A stretch of 64,000 nucleotides of DNA. Origin: Camelus dromedarius. Lineage: Eukaryota. Numbering within the stretch: position 1 is the stretch's first letter; every line of letters begins with the position of its first letter. Where the stretch lies: assembly GCF_036321535.1 (NCBI RefSeq), contig NC_087437.1, positions 115,942,001-116,006,000 on the forward strand, given 5' to 3'. A program made the translations under genes and the position numbers. The notes under the pieces are model-generated. The model did not search any database and was not told the DNA's origin. It was given only the letters and a program-made list of their open reading frames with translations. Below are positions 49,000 to 62,504 of the stretch, one piece after another.

Positions 49000-51222
49000 T
49001 AAATAAATCAATATCTACATCTATAGTTTGTGGATTGGAATGTTCAATATTTTAACACGTCTATGCTCATCAAATTGATCCATAGACTCCATGCAATTGT
49101 AAGTAAAATTTCAGCAGGAGTTTTTGTAGAAATTAACTAGTTGGCAAGTCAAAGGGACTAGAACACCTAAAAAAATACTGAGAAAAAAGGGAAAAGATGG
49201 AATAGGTACACAATCTGATTCCAAGACTTACTGTAAGGCTACAGTAATCTAGACAATGTGGAATTGTCTAAGAAATGACATATACATCCATGAAACAGAA
49301 TACAGAATCCTGAAATGGACCACACATTTATGGCCAATTGATTTTTGACAAAGATGCAAAGGCAGGTAAACAAAGAAAGCATAATCTTGTTAACAAATGC
49401 TCATTGGAATAACTGAATATTATTGAGCAGAGTGTCATGTGCTGGTTATCAATCCCAGGGGAGCAAGGTCTGTACAGCAGTTACCAGTCCCAGGGGAGAA
49501 CTTGAAGCGTATCTAACCCATTGCACCTTGGTGTCTGAGTCGCCAAAGAAAGCACAAGGCAGTCCAGCACTGGGCGGAGCAGTGCTTTACTTCCCTAGAG
49601 GAGAGATGAGAAAGGCCAGCTGCAAAAGTGGGCATCAGTTCCCCATGGAAACGTTTGCTTGCTCTATCTTCTTTTGACATCTTTTGACAGCCAGCGGGTC
49701 TCACCTTGTGGATAATAATGGAAGTTTGGCCTGAAGGCACCCCTCTGGTGCTGCAGTGGAAGGAACCCTGCTCGCTCTCCCTGGAAGACAGATAGCAGTG
49801 GGACTGGCCACGTGCCATATGGCACACACACTTTAAGCAAAGACAAAGAGCACTCACTGGGCCTGAAACAAGGAAAGATATTCCCACACAAGGTGGTAAC
49901 CCCAATACAGGCTGTGTGGGCTTTTCACCTCTTGCTAAGGAAGTCTTCCATGTCCGAGGCCCATTCTTAGGCAGCTGAGTGGGGGAACAATTGCACTCAT
50001 GAGACTGACTTTCTCAACAAATATTCATCTGTTAAAAAGATGAATTTCAATTTTGTGCCATATACAAAAATTAACTTTTTTCAATCTTGTGCCATATACA
50101 AAAATTAACTCAGACTACAGGCATAAATCTGAAATCTCAAACTGTGAAGCTTCCAGAAGAAAACAGAAGAAAGTGTTCGTGACTTTGGATTAAGCAAAAT
50201 ATTTTTAAATAGGATGCCCAGAAACATGAGCCATAAAAGAAACTATTGATCAATATTTGAATTCATTAAAATTAAAATCTTTGCCCACACTGTGGAAGTA
50301 AAAAGACAAGCCGGAGCCTGGGAAAAATTCTTGCAAAGTGTGCATGTATGATAAAATTCTGAATCCAGAATATGTAAGAAATTCTCAAAACAATAGTAAG
50401 AAAACTAACAATTTTTTTTAAAGAAAGGGACAATTTTTAAATAGAAACTTCACCAAAGTATATATATGAATGGTAAATTTACAAAAAATAATCTCACATT
50501 ATTAGTCATTAGGTAAACGCAAATTAAAACTTCAGTGAGACACACCTATATATCTATTCAAATGGAAAAAAAAGCCGAGAAAACCAAGTGGAGAAATTAA
50601 AACACTCATATATTTTTGTAGGAATGCAAAAAATATAATGAGTTTGGCAACGGTTTGGCCATTTTTATTCGTTAAACATATTCTCGCCATAAGACCCAGC
50701 AATCACACTGGTGGTATTTGCTCAAAGGAAACGAAAACTGATGTTCACACAAGAATCCGTATGGAGATGTGTAGAGCAGCCTTATTCATAATGGTCAAAA
50801 GCTGGGAACGATCCAAATGTCCATCAGTAGGTGAATAATAGGTAACTGTTTTCATCCATACCATAGAACACTACTTAGCAATAAAATGGAACAACCTGTG
50901 ACATGTGCAGCAACATGAATGAATCTCAAGAGTATTGTGGTGAGAAAAGCAACGTTCAGTTGGCTACGTACCATACGATTCCATTTATGTGACATTCTCT
51001 AAGAGGTGAAACTACGGAAACTGAAAATGGACCAGCAATTGCCAGTGCCTGGGGGTTGGAGGGTAGATTTCCTACAAAGAGGCACCAGAGAAAATTAGGG
51101 GTAATGTAACAGTTCTATATATTGATTTTGGCAGTTGTTACAGGACTTTGTGTCTGTCAACTAAAAAAAAAAAAAATTTAAAATGTATGTGAATTACAAC
51201 TCAGATAACCAGACTTAAAATA
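49000..51222 (+). mobile_element. Old L1M element (ORF2 3' part and 3' UTR), interrupted by an LTR
   Basis: TTCCAAGACTTACTGTAAGGCTACAGTAATC, TTGATTTTTGACAAAGATGCAAAG, CCAAATGTCCATCAGTAGGTGAAT, GATTCCATTTATGTGACATTC. Confidence 0.88.
49421..50019 (-). mobile_element. ERVL-class solo LTR (MER54/MER73/LTR53-like), 599 bp
   Basis: Termini TATTGAG...CTCAACA; exact 5-bp TSD AATAT (49416-49420 and 50020-50024); minus strand starts TGTTGAGAAAGTCAGTCTCATGAGTGCA. Confidence 0.8.
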
Positions 51223-53187
51223 AGAGGGCAAAATTAAAATATTTCCAGATAAAGAAAAACCCTTGAAATAAATTACTGGTAGCAAACCTGTGCTATAGTG
51301 CTAAAGGAAGTCCTTCAGGCTGAAAGAAAATGACACCAGATGGCAACTCAGATCTACAGGAATCAATAGAATTGGAAATAGTAAATGTGTGTGTGTGTGT
51401 GTGTTTGTGTATGTCTTTATGTATTTTATCTTCTTAAGTTATAAGACACAACTATATTTCGGGGTCTATACCACATGTATGTGTTATATATATGACCACA
51501 ATAACATGGGATACTGTTTGAGCCAATATGCTGGTTCAAAGTTTCTATGTTCTATTAGGAGTAAGTTAATATAAACTTAAGGAAGAAGATTACTATGTTA
51601 AAAATAAATATTTTAATCATGAGATTGACAACTGAAAAGAAAAAAAGCAGAGAAATATGACTAAGATGTCATTAAAAAACTTAAAATTGTATAAGAAATA
51701 TTTGTTTAGCACCAGAGAAGAATAGGGCAGAAGATGAGAGCAAATAAAAAGCTATTAGCAAATTGGCAGGGAAAATTGTACGCATACTAATAATCATATT
51801 AAAAGTGAATACAATAGATACAGAAATCCAAAGGTAGACATTGTCAGACTGAGTGAGAAAAAAAAATCAAGATCCAACTATATGCTGCCTGTTCAAGATG
51901 CACATTAGATTCAATGGTACATGTTGATTGAAAGTAAAAAGAATAGAAAAAAGCATACTATACAAACAAAAGCATAAGAGGGCTTGAGTGGTTGTGTCAA
52001 ACAAAATAAACTTTAATCAATATAAGGATAAAGAGGGACATTTACCACATACAATGGGAAGAAACAACAATCATAAGTGTTGATGTATCTGACAATGAGC
52101 TACAAAATATATGAAGCAGATACTGACAGCATTGAAAAGAGAAATAGACAAATCACAATTATAGTTGGCGATTTCACTATTCTCCTGCCAGTAATTGATG
52201 GAACATATAGACAGAAAATCAGTGAGGGTATTGATCACTTGAACAGCACTGTCAACCAATTTGATCTACATGACAACTATAGAACACTTCACCAAAAAAC
52301 AACAGAACATGCATTCTTCCAAGCACATAGAACACTCATCAGGGTAGACCAGGTGCTCAATAATAACACGGGGTCACAATTTTTAAAGAAATTTTGTATT
52401 ATACAACAGATAATCTGTGATTACAAGGTAAGTTAGAAATCAAGAAGAGAAAGAGAGATCTGGGAAAGACCGAAGTGTTAGAAATAATAAATGATTATGT
52501 AAACATAACATACAAAATTCGTGGGATGCAGCTAGAGTAGATCTTCAGAGGGAAAGTGTAGCTTTAGAAATGAAGAAAGATCCAAATCCAGTGCTTGAAG
52601 TTTCCACTTTAGGAAGCTAGAAAGGTAAGACCGAATTAAATCAGAGTGGAAAAAAGAAAAAAAATCAGAATGGAAATCAATGAAATAAGAAATAAATAAA
52701 CAACAGAAAAAATAATATCAAAGCTGATTTAAAAAAAAAAGATTAATTGGGTAGGATAACCTTTAGCTCATTGATCAAAAAGAAAAAAAAGAAGAAGAAA
52801 AAATACCAACCTTATCAGTACCTGGATGATGAAGATCACTACAGATCCTACAGACATTTACATAGTGATAAAAAATCATAAGCAACTTGATGTCAACAGA
52901 ATTGGTCACATATATGAAATAGATAAATTCCTTGAAAAATACACACTATCTTGATGACTCAAGAAAAAACACAAATTTGAATATTTCTGTTTAAAGTAAA
53001 ATAACTGAATTAATAATTTAAAATATTCTTAGCAAAAAATGAATATGAGTTTGGTGGTGCTTAACAGAATTTTAGCCAACTGAACCCAAAAGTATATAAA
53101 AATAATACACCATGACCAACTGGCTTTTATCTCAGGAAAGCAAGGTTGGTTTTAAAATCCTAAAATCAATGGATATAGTACACCATA

Positions 53188-53738
53188 TGTGGCAGGCAGA
53201 ATGATGACCCCCCCCACCCCACTAAATATGTTCATATCCTAAATTCCTCAGACCTGTGAATCTGTTAACCTTACATGGCAAGAGGGATGTTGCAAATACG
53301 ATTCAGACTAAACACCTTAATGTGGAGAGATTATCCTGGATTATCTTGGTGAGTCCAGAGTAGTCCTTGGAGAGATTATCCTGGATTATCTTGGTGAGTC
53401 CAGAGTAGTCCTTGGGTCCTCATAAGTGACGGAGGAAGGCAGAGGGAGAGATGACTACTGAGGAGGAGGTCTACGTGATTCCATGTGCGAAGGGCTTGAC
53501 CCACTCTTACTGGCTTTTATGCTGGAGGAAGAGGGTCATCCGCCAAGGAATGAATGTAGGAGACTCAAGAAGCTGGAAAAGGCGAAAAAAAAAAAAAAGA
53601 ATTTTCTCCTAGAGCCTCCAGAAGAGAGAGGCATCCTTCTGACACCTTGATTTTCAAACTTCTGAACAACAGAACTGTAAGAAATTAGTGTTGTTTTAAG
53701 CTACTAAGTTTGTGGTAATTTATTACAGCAGCAACACA
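53188..53738 (+). mobile_element. MLT1D-like MaLR solo LTR nested in L1
   Basis: TGTGGCAGGCAGAATGATG start, CCTTACATGGCAAGAGGGA, TTTTCTCCTAGAGCCTCCAGAAG, TTTTAAGCTACTAAGTTTGTGGTAATTT; CCATA/TCATA flanks. Confidence 0.88.
53323..53415. repeat. Perfect 45-bp tandem duplication inside the MLT1D
   Basis: TGGAGAGATTATCCTGGATTATCTTGGTGAGTCCAGAGTAGTCCT x2, plus terminal TGG. Confidence 0.95.
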
Positions 53739-54350
53739 TCATATTAAAGAAATAAAGATGATAACCAGATACTCATCTCCACAGATACAGGGGGGAAAAG
53801 ATTCGATAAAATTCTACACACTTTCATGTTAAAAAAAAAAACTTTCAGGAAACTAGTTATAGAAGGGAACTTCCTGAGCCTGATAAACAGCGTCTTCCAG
53901 AAGCCTATAGTCAGCATGATATTTAGTAGTGGGAGACTGAAGGTCTTCTACCCCAGACTGGTAATGAGACAAGGGTGCCCACTTACTACTTCTCTTTGAC
54001 ATTATCCTGAAGGCGTCCTAACTAGTGCAATATGCAATGGAAGGCCTGCACATTGAGAGAGAAATTTAGGTGTCCTATTTGCGCAAAGCCTGATTGGGTT
54101 TGTAGAAAATCCCAAGACTATATAAAAAATCTACCAGAACTATCAGGTACCGTTAGCAAGGCTGCAGGATACTAGAGTAATAAACAGAAATCAGTTTTAT
54201 CTCTACATGCTAACAACAGTAACTTGAACATAGAATCAAAACATTTTCATTGGTAAGAACATAAAAAACAAAATACTCCGAATTCAGCTTAACAAAAGAT
54301 GTGCAAGACTAATACACTGAAAATTACAAACCATTGCTGGGGTAAATTTA

Positions 54351-55448
54351 TTTTATTTTTATTTTTATTTTCTTGTTTTAAATTTTTTATACAGTTTTGA
54401 AAGGTTACACTCCACTTACAGTTATTACAGAATATTGGCTATATTCCCTGTGTTGTACAAGACATCCTTATAGCCTATCTTACAGCCAATAGTTAGTTCC
54501 TCCCACCCCTCCACTTGTATATTTTCCCTCCTCCTTCTCCCTACTAGTAAGCACTAGTTTGTTCTTTATATCTGTGAGTCTGCTTCTTTTTTGTTATATT
54601 CACTAGTTTGTTGTATTTTTTAGATTCCATATATGTGACATCATGCAGTATTTATCTTTCTCTGTCTGACTTATTTCACTTAGCATAATACCCTCCAAGT
54701 CTATCCATGTTGCTGCAAATAGCAAAATTTCATTTTTTATGGCTGAGTAGTATTTCATTAAATAAATATACCACATCTTCTTTATCCATTCATCTGTTGA
54801 TGGATGCTTCTATATCTTGGCAATTATAAATAATGCTGTTATGAACATTGGGGTTCATGTATCTTTTCAAATTAGTGTTTTGTTTTGTTTTTTTCAGATA
54901 TATATCCAGGAGTGGAATTGCTAGGTTGTATGGCAGCTCTATTTTTAGTTTTTTGAGAAATCTCCATACTGTTTTCCACAGTGCCTGCACCAATTTACAT
55001 TCCCACCAGCAGTGTACAAGGGTTCCCTTTCCTCCACATCCTTGCCAACATTTGTTATTTGCATTTTTGATGATAGCTTTTATGACAGTTGTGAGATGAT
55101 ATCTCATTGCAGTTTTGATTTGCATTTCCTTGATGATTAGTGATGCTGAGCATCTATTCACATGCATGTTGGCCACCTGTATTTCCTCTTTGGAAAAATG
55201 CCTGTTCAGTACTTCTGCCCATTGTTTTAGTTGGGTTGTTTAGTTTTTTGAAGTTAGGGTGTTTGAGCTTTTTATATATGTTGGATATTAATCCCTTATT
55301 AGTCATATCATTTTCAAATATTTTCTCCCATTCAACAGGTGGTCTTTTTGTTTTGTTGATGGTTTCCTTTGCTCTGCAAAATCTTTTATATTTAATTAGA
55401 TCATATTTATTTATTTTTACTTTTATTTCCTTTACCTTAGAAGATGGA
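54351..55448 (-). mobile_element. Younger 5'-truncated artiodactyl L1 (~1.1 kb) inserted antisense into the older L1
   Basis: Minus ORFs 54790-55176 and 55154-55561 give the L1 ORF2 C-terminus ([22 protein letters not shown]); T-rich tail at 54351; TSD GCTGGGGTAAATTTA (54336-54350) / GCTGGGGGAAATTTA (55449-55463). Confidence 0.95.
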
Positions 55449-56985
55449 GCTGGGGGAAATTTACAAAGACCAAAGTAAATCCAGAGTGAATTGTGTCCAT
55501 GGGTTGGGAGACTCAATATTGTAAAGATGTAACACTGCTCAAATTGACTTATAGATTTCATGTAATCTCAGTGAGAATTCCAGCAACTGTTTTTAGAAAT
55601 TGACAAGGTGATTCTAAAGCTTATGTAATACTTTATACCATAAAATACCTAAAATAATAGACAAAATGATTTTACAGAAAACAAGAAGAATTACACTGCT
55701 TTATTTTGCATAGTGTACTTTGAAGCTACATTAATCAAGAAAGTACAATCAAATAGATAATTGGAATGGAATTGAGAACGTTAGAAATAGACCCACTAAA
55801 CTTACATAGTCTACTGATGTTTTGACAGAATTGTCAAGGGATATGCTGATCTTTTCAATAAATAATGCTGCAATAACTGGATACCTGTATGGGCCTTATT
55901 TCACATACATGAAAATTAATACAAAATGCATTATATATCTATTCTCTAAGATATAAAACCTGGAAACTTCTAGAAGAAAACCTAGGAGACGATCATTCAT
56001 ATGATCTTCAGTTGGGTAATTGATTTCTTAGGATGCAAAAAGCACAAATCATTTTAGAAAATATTGAAAAATTGGACTTAATTAAAAGAAAAACTTTTGC
56101 TCATCTAAAGACACTATGAAAAATGAAAAGACAAACTTCAGCCATACATTTGAGAAGAGACTTGTACCAAGAACATATTAAGAAAGTTTATAACTCAATA
56201 GTGAGACACACAATCCAAGTAGAAAAAAGGAGCAAAAGGTTTGAGTGGATGCTTCACAAAAGAATATATGCAAATACTAACAAGAACATGAATGGATGTG
56301 ATCCTCCTTGGTCATTAAGGAAATAATTTAAAACCACAAAGAGATAAGTAGCTAAAATTAAAAAGACTCAAGAAACCAAGTATGGTGTGGAACATTTGGA
56401 ACTCTTAGATATTACTAGTGGGAATGTGAAATGGTACAACCAATTTAGAAAACATTTCATGGTGTGTTTTTTGAGTTAAACATATACATACAGCAATTTC
56501 ACTCCTAGTTACTTACCTAATAGAAATTAAAACATATATCCACACAAAGACTTGCACATAAGTGTTCGTTGCAGCATTATTCATAATACCCCCCAAATGG
56601 AAGCAGCATCAATGTCCGTCAAGTGATGAAAAATTAAAGTGCAGTAGGCATACAAACGGATACTCTTTAGCTATAAAAGGGAATGACCAACTGATGCATG
56701 CAACAACGTGGACGAGCCTCGAGAACGTTATGCTAAGTGAAAGGGTCAGGCATGAAAGTGTATAATTCCACTCACGTGAAATCCAGAAAAGCCAAACTAG
56801 AGTGTTAGAAAAAGCAGATCATTTGTTACCTAGGGCTTGGGTTGGGGACAGGAATTAACTGAAAAAGAACCCAGGGAAACTCTCTGGGGCAATAAAATGT
56901 TTTAACATTGACTGTAGTGACATCTGCACTCCTTTACGCATTTACCAAATGTCGTCAATCTGTATATTCAAAATGGGTGAATTTT

Positions 56986-57164
56986 AAAAGATCTTAAAAA
57001 TTTCCATCACAAGAAAAAAGATTGCATCCATATGAGGCGATGAATGTTAACTAAACTTGTGTGGTAATCATTTTCTAAAATATATAGATATCGAATTACT
57101 ATGTTGTACACTTTAAGCTAATACAATGTTATATTTCAATTCTATCTCAAAACTGGAAGAAATT
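56986..57164 (+). mobile_element. Short L1MA-type 3'-end insertion with 15-bp TSD
   Basis: TGAATGTTAACTAAACTTGTGTGGTAATCATTT...ATGTTGTACAC...AATGTTATATTTCAATT; flanked by AAATGGGTGAATTTT at 56971-56985 and 57165-57179. Confidence 0.88.
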
Positions 57165-57272
57165 AAATGGGTGAATTTTCTTGTATGAAAACTATGCCTC
57201 AATAGGGCTGTTAAAAATATAAGCATCCCTAATGAAATAAAATAAACAAAAGTAAATAAAACAATTCAGCAT

Positions 57273-57625
57273 TGTGATGGTCTTTTGATGTGTCAGCCTG
57301 ACTGGGTGAAGTCCCGACTTACTCAATCAAGCTCTAATCTAAGTGTTGCTGGGAAGGCATTCGTAGATGTGATGAAAATTCATAATCAGCTGACTTTAAG
57401 TAAGGGAGATTTTTCCTAGACAGTCTAGGAGGGCCTGACTCAATCAGCTGAAAAATTTTAAGTGCAGAGATGAGCCTTCCCTGAAATGAGGAGAGAGTCG
57501 TCCTGTGACCGGCAGCTTCAGCCAGGTAGAGGGTTCCAGCCCACTCCCCAACAGCCTCCTCTACGAAAACTCTAGCCTGTCTCCACAATCGTATAAACTG
57601 ATTCCTTACAATAAATTCCAAATGT
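57273..57625 (+). mobile_element. MLT2D-like ERVL LTR
   Basis: TGTGATGGTCTTTTGATGTGTCAGCCTGACTGGG, AATCAGCTGACTTTAAGTAAGGGAGATT, ATTCCTTACAATAAAT. Confidence 0.8.
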
Positions 57626-57689
57626 ACTACTATTTTGTTCCATGAAACTTACCAGGGCTATCGTTTCACTTTGATTTTTGATTATGCGA

Positions 57690-57800
57690 CTCATGATTGA
57701 TTTGAAGGGCAGGGACATTATTTTCTTCACTCATTACTGCCCCTCATCTTGTGCTTGAACTGGAGAACACACTCCATAAATATTTGCTGAATGAATAAAT
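57690..57800 (+). mobile_element. L2 3' end
   Basis: GAAGGGCAGGGAC...CATAAATATTTGCTGAATGAATAAATGAA. Confidence 0.7.
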
Positions 57801-57890
57801 GAAGTATTATCCTGGGAATGCTGTGATATTTGTCAGACCATGTGTTCCAAATGTCAGCTTGGAAAATATTGTCATGATTTATACCATGAA

Positions 57891-58097
57891 AGAGGAGTTG
57901 GCAAAATTTTCCTTAAAGGGCCAGGTAGTGAGTATTTTCAGCTCTGTGCACCTTACAGTCTCGATCACTCAACTCTGTCATTGGAGGGCAAAAATAATCA
58001 CAGATACAATGTGAATCATTGAGTGTGTCTGTGTTGTAGTAAAACTCAATTTATAAAATCAGGAGACTAGCCCATGGGCTATAGTTTGCCCATCCTG
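57891..58097 (+). mobile_element. MER58A hAT-Charlie MITE
   Basis: GTTGGCAAAATTTTCCTTAAAGGGCCAGGTAGTGAGTATTTTCAGCT...GGGCTATAGTTTGCCCATCCTG. Confidence 0.88.
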
Positions 58098-59959
58098 CAT
58101 AAAGCTCTCTTCACCTAGAGTGGCTATAGTTGAGGGATGTTGTGTTAACGAATCATCTGGCCACCATGTAAATTAGTACAGACAAGGTACTAGAGTATAA
58201 CAAAGTCAACTTGTCATCATAATTATACGTAAGTGTAGTTTATCTGGTGGTTCATAAGGTACCCTAGCTTCACCTCCTCCCTGCACTAAAGGTCTCACTG
58301 CAAAATACAATGAATATAGATGCAACAGATGTAAAGGGGTAGCAATGGATCTAAATCAACACTGAATCCAAGACCGTCTCTGCAAACTTGTTTTACTTCG
58401 TAAGTATCTGAAATTTCATTATTTACAAGCCTTTGGTTTCTTTCTCATAAATATATAGGCTTTGAGTCAGAGTTCTAACACTCAGTAGTGAAAGTCTGAC
58501 TTTAAAGAATCACTTACTTGCCTCAGGACTCAGACTGAGAATTAAAGAAACCACTGTATGAAAAGCATTTTTCTTATAAAATTCTGGGAGAATGACTATG
58601 GTTGTTATAGTCCCTATAACCCATTTATCTGGTGGCAATGTTCCTTCCACACACATCACAAGGTGCAAATAAAAAGCCCTTTAATATAAAGAATAATTTT
58701 CCCAAAGACTTTGGTGTACAAGTCATACACTTCACTACTTATTTCTTATTGACTTTTACTTTATATACAATCCTAACAAACTTGATTATTTATCCACAGC
58801 ATGAAGACCTGGGAGAATACCCACTAGCAGGAGAAATACTGCTGATAAAAAGCCAGCACTGTATTTATTTAACATACTGTATTAAATAACCATGATTCAT
58901 CAAGAAAATTTTAAATTATGTTTATTGTTCTCTTTTTAGAAAGAAGGAAACCGTGCTGTGCCTCTTAGAATAATTTCCATTAAAATAGCTCAATTATTTA
59001 AATTAATTCTGATGCTAGATGAGGAAGTCTTGGATATCTGGAGATAACGCATGTGTAACAGCAGCTGATGATGCCAAGTGACCAAGACATTTATGTGGGA
59101 CGTGTGCCTCTTTTTATCTTCTCCTCTGTAAACATTTTATTCATGCTGTTCAATTTCTTTGCATAATATATCTGCCTTTAGAGTCGAGATTCTGGGAAGC
59201 ATTTTTTATAATAACAAGTGCCTTTAGGTCTGCAGAGAACTCCCTCAGACAGTACGTGGATTTTGAAATGAAAGGGTTCATAGAAGACATTAATTGTTGC
59301 TTCTGATTACAAAATTCTAGTCAGAGAAGGGCTTTCGTTCAAGAAACACAAGGGCGATCATAAATGCCAATTGGAATCATCAGCCTTGAAGTGGTTGGAC
59401 ACTCTATCCACCAAGGTAATGTGTGAGAGACAATTTATCATTAGCCCTGAGTCCTCTGTGTTAAAATCTGCAAGCTGGGTTGCCAGTTTATTGAGCAAGG
59501 CAGCAAATCACACCTGTCCTGTTGCAGAAAAGCAACTTCAGTGGTGCCGTGGGGCGCTCAGAGCCCTGGCCTTGGGCTCCTGTGAAAGTAAAAAACAAAC
59601 CAAAATAACCAAAATCCAAAAAGCCAACAACAAAAGGAAGAAGTTCATGGTTTAGGCTGGCTGCATTTCTGCTGGGAACAAGATCACTGAAATGTGACCA
59701 CTAGCAGCAGAGAGAAACACCCAGGGCATAAAACCCGCTGGCGGATTTCAGATTCAATTCTGCAATCCAGCCAGGTGTGGGCAGAGTGGAAGTGAGTGCT
59801 CAACCGGCCCAGCCCTCTCCAGTCTCTGAGAACAGGTAAGAACTATCTGCATGTATATATTCCCACATTGTAAGACCAAAGAGTGAGGCAGGGGCCCAAT
59901 GAGACAGGGTATATGTCATGGTCATTTAGCTGGTCATCAAACATGGTCCATTTCCTTCC

Positions 59960-60175
59960 ACAGGTGGTTAAAAACATAGATCTTACAATCAGATCCAAGC
60001 TCTGCCACTGCAGTTGGGTGACTCGGCAAGTGCAAGTTTATCTCTGATTCCAGTAGACTCATTTATAAAATGTGGTCCGTAACAATAGTACCTCCTTACA
60101 CGTTTGCTGTGTGAGATTAGAAAAGATATTTTTAGCATATTCAAGTACTTAGGCCAATGTGTGGCGTAGAATTAA
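59960..60175 (+). mobile_element. MIR SINE
   Basis: GTGGTTAAAA...AGCTCTGCCACT...GGTGACTCGGCAAGT...CTCATTTATAAAATG...ACAATAGTACCT. Confidence 0.65.
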
Positions 60176-60199
60176 CACCCACTGCACGGCGGGGCGTAT

Positions 60200-60800
60200 C
60201 CATGTATGCGTGGGTCTCATCCTCAATTCTCTGCTCTGTTCTGTTGCATTATTTTTCTGTCTTTACACCAGCACCACATTGGTTTTGATTACTACAGTTT
60301 CATAATGAATCTTGAAATCAGATACTGTCAGCCCTCTAACGTTTTCTAAGTTGTTTTGAGTATTCCAGGTTCTTTGTGTTCCCACACGAATTTCAGGATC
60401 AGTTCATCAATGAATTCAAAAAAGCTTTCTGGGATTTTGATTGGGATTGCATTGAATCTATAGATCCATTTGGATAAAATTTACATTTTAACAATACTGA
60501 ATAAAAAGATGCCTATTTTTCCATTCCTTGTGTCTTTGATTTCAGTCAGCAGTGGAAGTCTTCTTCTGTTCCTAGTTTGCTGAGATTTTTAAAATAGGGA
60601 ATGGTTGTTAGAGTGTTGAATGCATTTTCTGTGGCTATTGAGATGATCATATGGTTTTTCTTTTTCTAGTTTGTTAATGTGGTGAATTACATGTTTTTTG
60701 AATATTAAATCAATCTGCATTCTTGAGATCACTTCATCACAATGTTCTGTCTTTTTAATGTGAGCTTCCTTACTTTGGAATCCACTATCCTGGAGGATCA
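60200..60800 (-). mobile_element. Old L1M ORF2 fragments
   Basis: TTTTGATTACTACAG, GGGATTTTGATTGGGATTGCATTGAATCTATAGATC, TTCCTAGTTTGCTGAGA, GAGATGATCATATGGTTTTT. Confidence 0.85.
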
Positions 60801-61029
60801 TGAATCTTGGTTACTCTGAAAAGGCAAGAAGGAAGCCAACTAATATTTTTATCTGCTCTACTTAGTCTGCAGGAGGGTGGCTGGCCTTGAAGAGAAGGTG
60901 AACAAATGAGCTTTTTTTTGCCTGTCTTGTTATCTTCATTGGCAGCAATTGCCCTTTTCAAGGACTCTCCCCATCGATCAATATGATGGTCAGCAGGCGA
61001 CAGGGGCATTGTGAGTGGTTACCTTGTAA

Positions 61030-61145
61030 TCCAGTGGTTCTCACACGTCAGTGGCCATCAGAATCGGCTGAAAGGCTTGCTGAGACATGGATTGCTGGGC
61101 CTGCCCCCAGAATTTCTGATTCATCATGTCTGGGGTGTGGCCTTA
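61030..61145. mobile_element. MER5A fragment
   Basis: CAGTGGTTCTCA...CATCAGAATC...GATTGCTGGGCCTGCCCCCAGAATTTCTGATTCA. Confidence 0.75.
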
Positions 61146-62134
61146 CAAGGGAAGGAAGAAAAGCCTGCAAAACTGCCACATCCCTGAGGACACAGACTCT
61201 CACAAACCAGGCGTACCTGTGGAACAATGTCTCCAGGAGGCGAACCTGTGCAGGCTTCACGCGTGGTCACCATGGTTACCATGGGCTCTCTCTTGGCCCC
61301 TTTTGTGATAACACAATGAGAAAAGCCTGTGTCCCATGGCGTGAGCAGCAAAACGGCGTGGAGCAGCCTCCTCCAGCCGCCTTGCAGGAGGCCTTGGCAG
61401 GGGCTTGAGTGAGAGTCAGCAGAGTATGCAGGATGGGTCTTGAGATTGTAAATAAAAGATGTGGTGCTGAGCTTGCAAACTTGGTTCTTTGTTACTGCAG
61501 GAATCTCATGGCCACCCAGTTGGTGGCTGGTGTAAGAAAATAAAATGGCCCATCCGTGCCCCCGCCCCCTCTGAGCCCCTGGTGTCAGGGGAGGAAGCCC
61601 CAGCACTGGGAGACAGCTGGACCCCTTCTTCCAGCATGGGGACCTCAGAGGACTGGCCTGGGTTCTTAGCAGTTGTTATGCCCTGCTGCCTTGGTTGTGG
61701 CATCTGGTTCTTGCTCCCACAGAGAAGGTAGACCCCACCCCCAGGCAGGGGAGTCCCCAGAGCACTTAGTCCGGGTGGGAAGCAGGGGTGAGGACCTTGG
61801 CCCAGCCTCTGGAGTCTCCTTGTGTCTGGCAGTTCTCACCAAGGAGGACGACACGCAGGCCCCCAGACCTGTCACCTGGGCCGTAATGCTGTGCTTGGCT
61901 TGCTCCCTTTCCAGCACAGACACCACCTGCTCCTGCTTTTATGAACTGGCTACCAGATCCCCATTTGCCTTCTACCTAGTGAGATGCTGAAAATCTCTCA
62001 AAGGAGATACTAGACCTTTTGTTATAGAGAGTACTGATTCTATATATACTTAAAAAGAAAATTTCTTTTACTCTGCCAACAAAAGTCAACCCAGGCCACT
62101 GTTCCGGATAACTTGCAACCTTTAAATTTTTCAA

Positions 62135-62500
62135 TTCTTTCCCAGTTCATTCAGGAAGCACTTAATGAGTGTCTCCTAGATACTGGACACTGTGTTAGAA
62201 GATCAATAAAAAAGTCTGTGACCTCAGGCAGCTCAGGGAGTGCACAGTCTGCCCAGAGAGCTGGGCATGGTCAGATAATGTCACTGTAATAGGCAGGAGC
62301 TATGACAGAAGTAAGTTCAGGGCGCTCCAGGAGCACAGAGGGAAATCTAACCCACACAGGAAGGCTTCCTGAAGAAGGTGGCTTCTGAGATTAGCCAGGA
62401 AGTATGAATAGGGTTAGCTGGTCCACAACGGGGGCAAGGCATTCCAGGAAGAGGGAAAAAGCATGAACAAAGCGGTAAAGGCAAGAACCAGCAGTGTGGC
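62135..62500 (-). mobile_element. L2 fragment
   Basis: TTCATTCAGGAAGCACTTAATGAG, GGAAGGCTTCCTGAAGAAGGTGG, GCATTCCAGGAAGAGGG. Confidence 0.7.
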
Positions 62501-62504
62501 TGGT

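Larger units (their letters stand above)
51223..57260 (+). mobile_element. Long degraded L1M element (ORF1 end, ORF2 EN/RT remnants, 3' UTR) hosting three nested insertions
   Basis: CTAAAGGAAGTCCTTCAGGCTGAA (ORF1 end); ORF 52077-52436 contains the L1 endonuclease motif TIIVGDF and DLHDNYRTLH; RT region 53740-54345; A-rich tail ~57235-57260. Confidence 0.88.

Noticed and set aside
52077..55561. ORFs with endonuclease or Cys-rich motifs as host genes
   Set aside because: Fragmented L1 ORF2 remnants with frameshifts and stops
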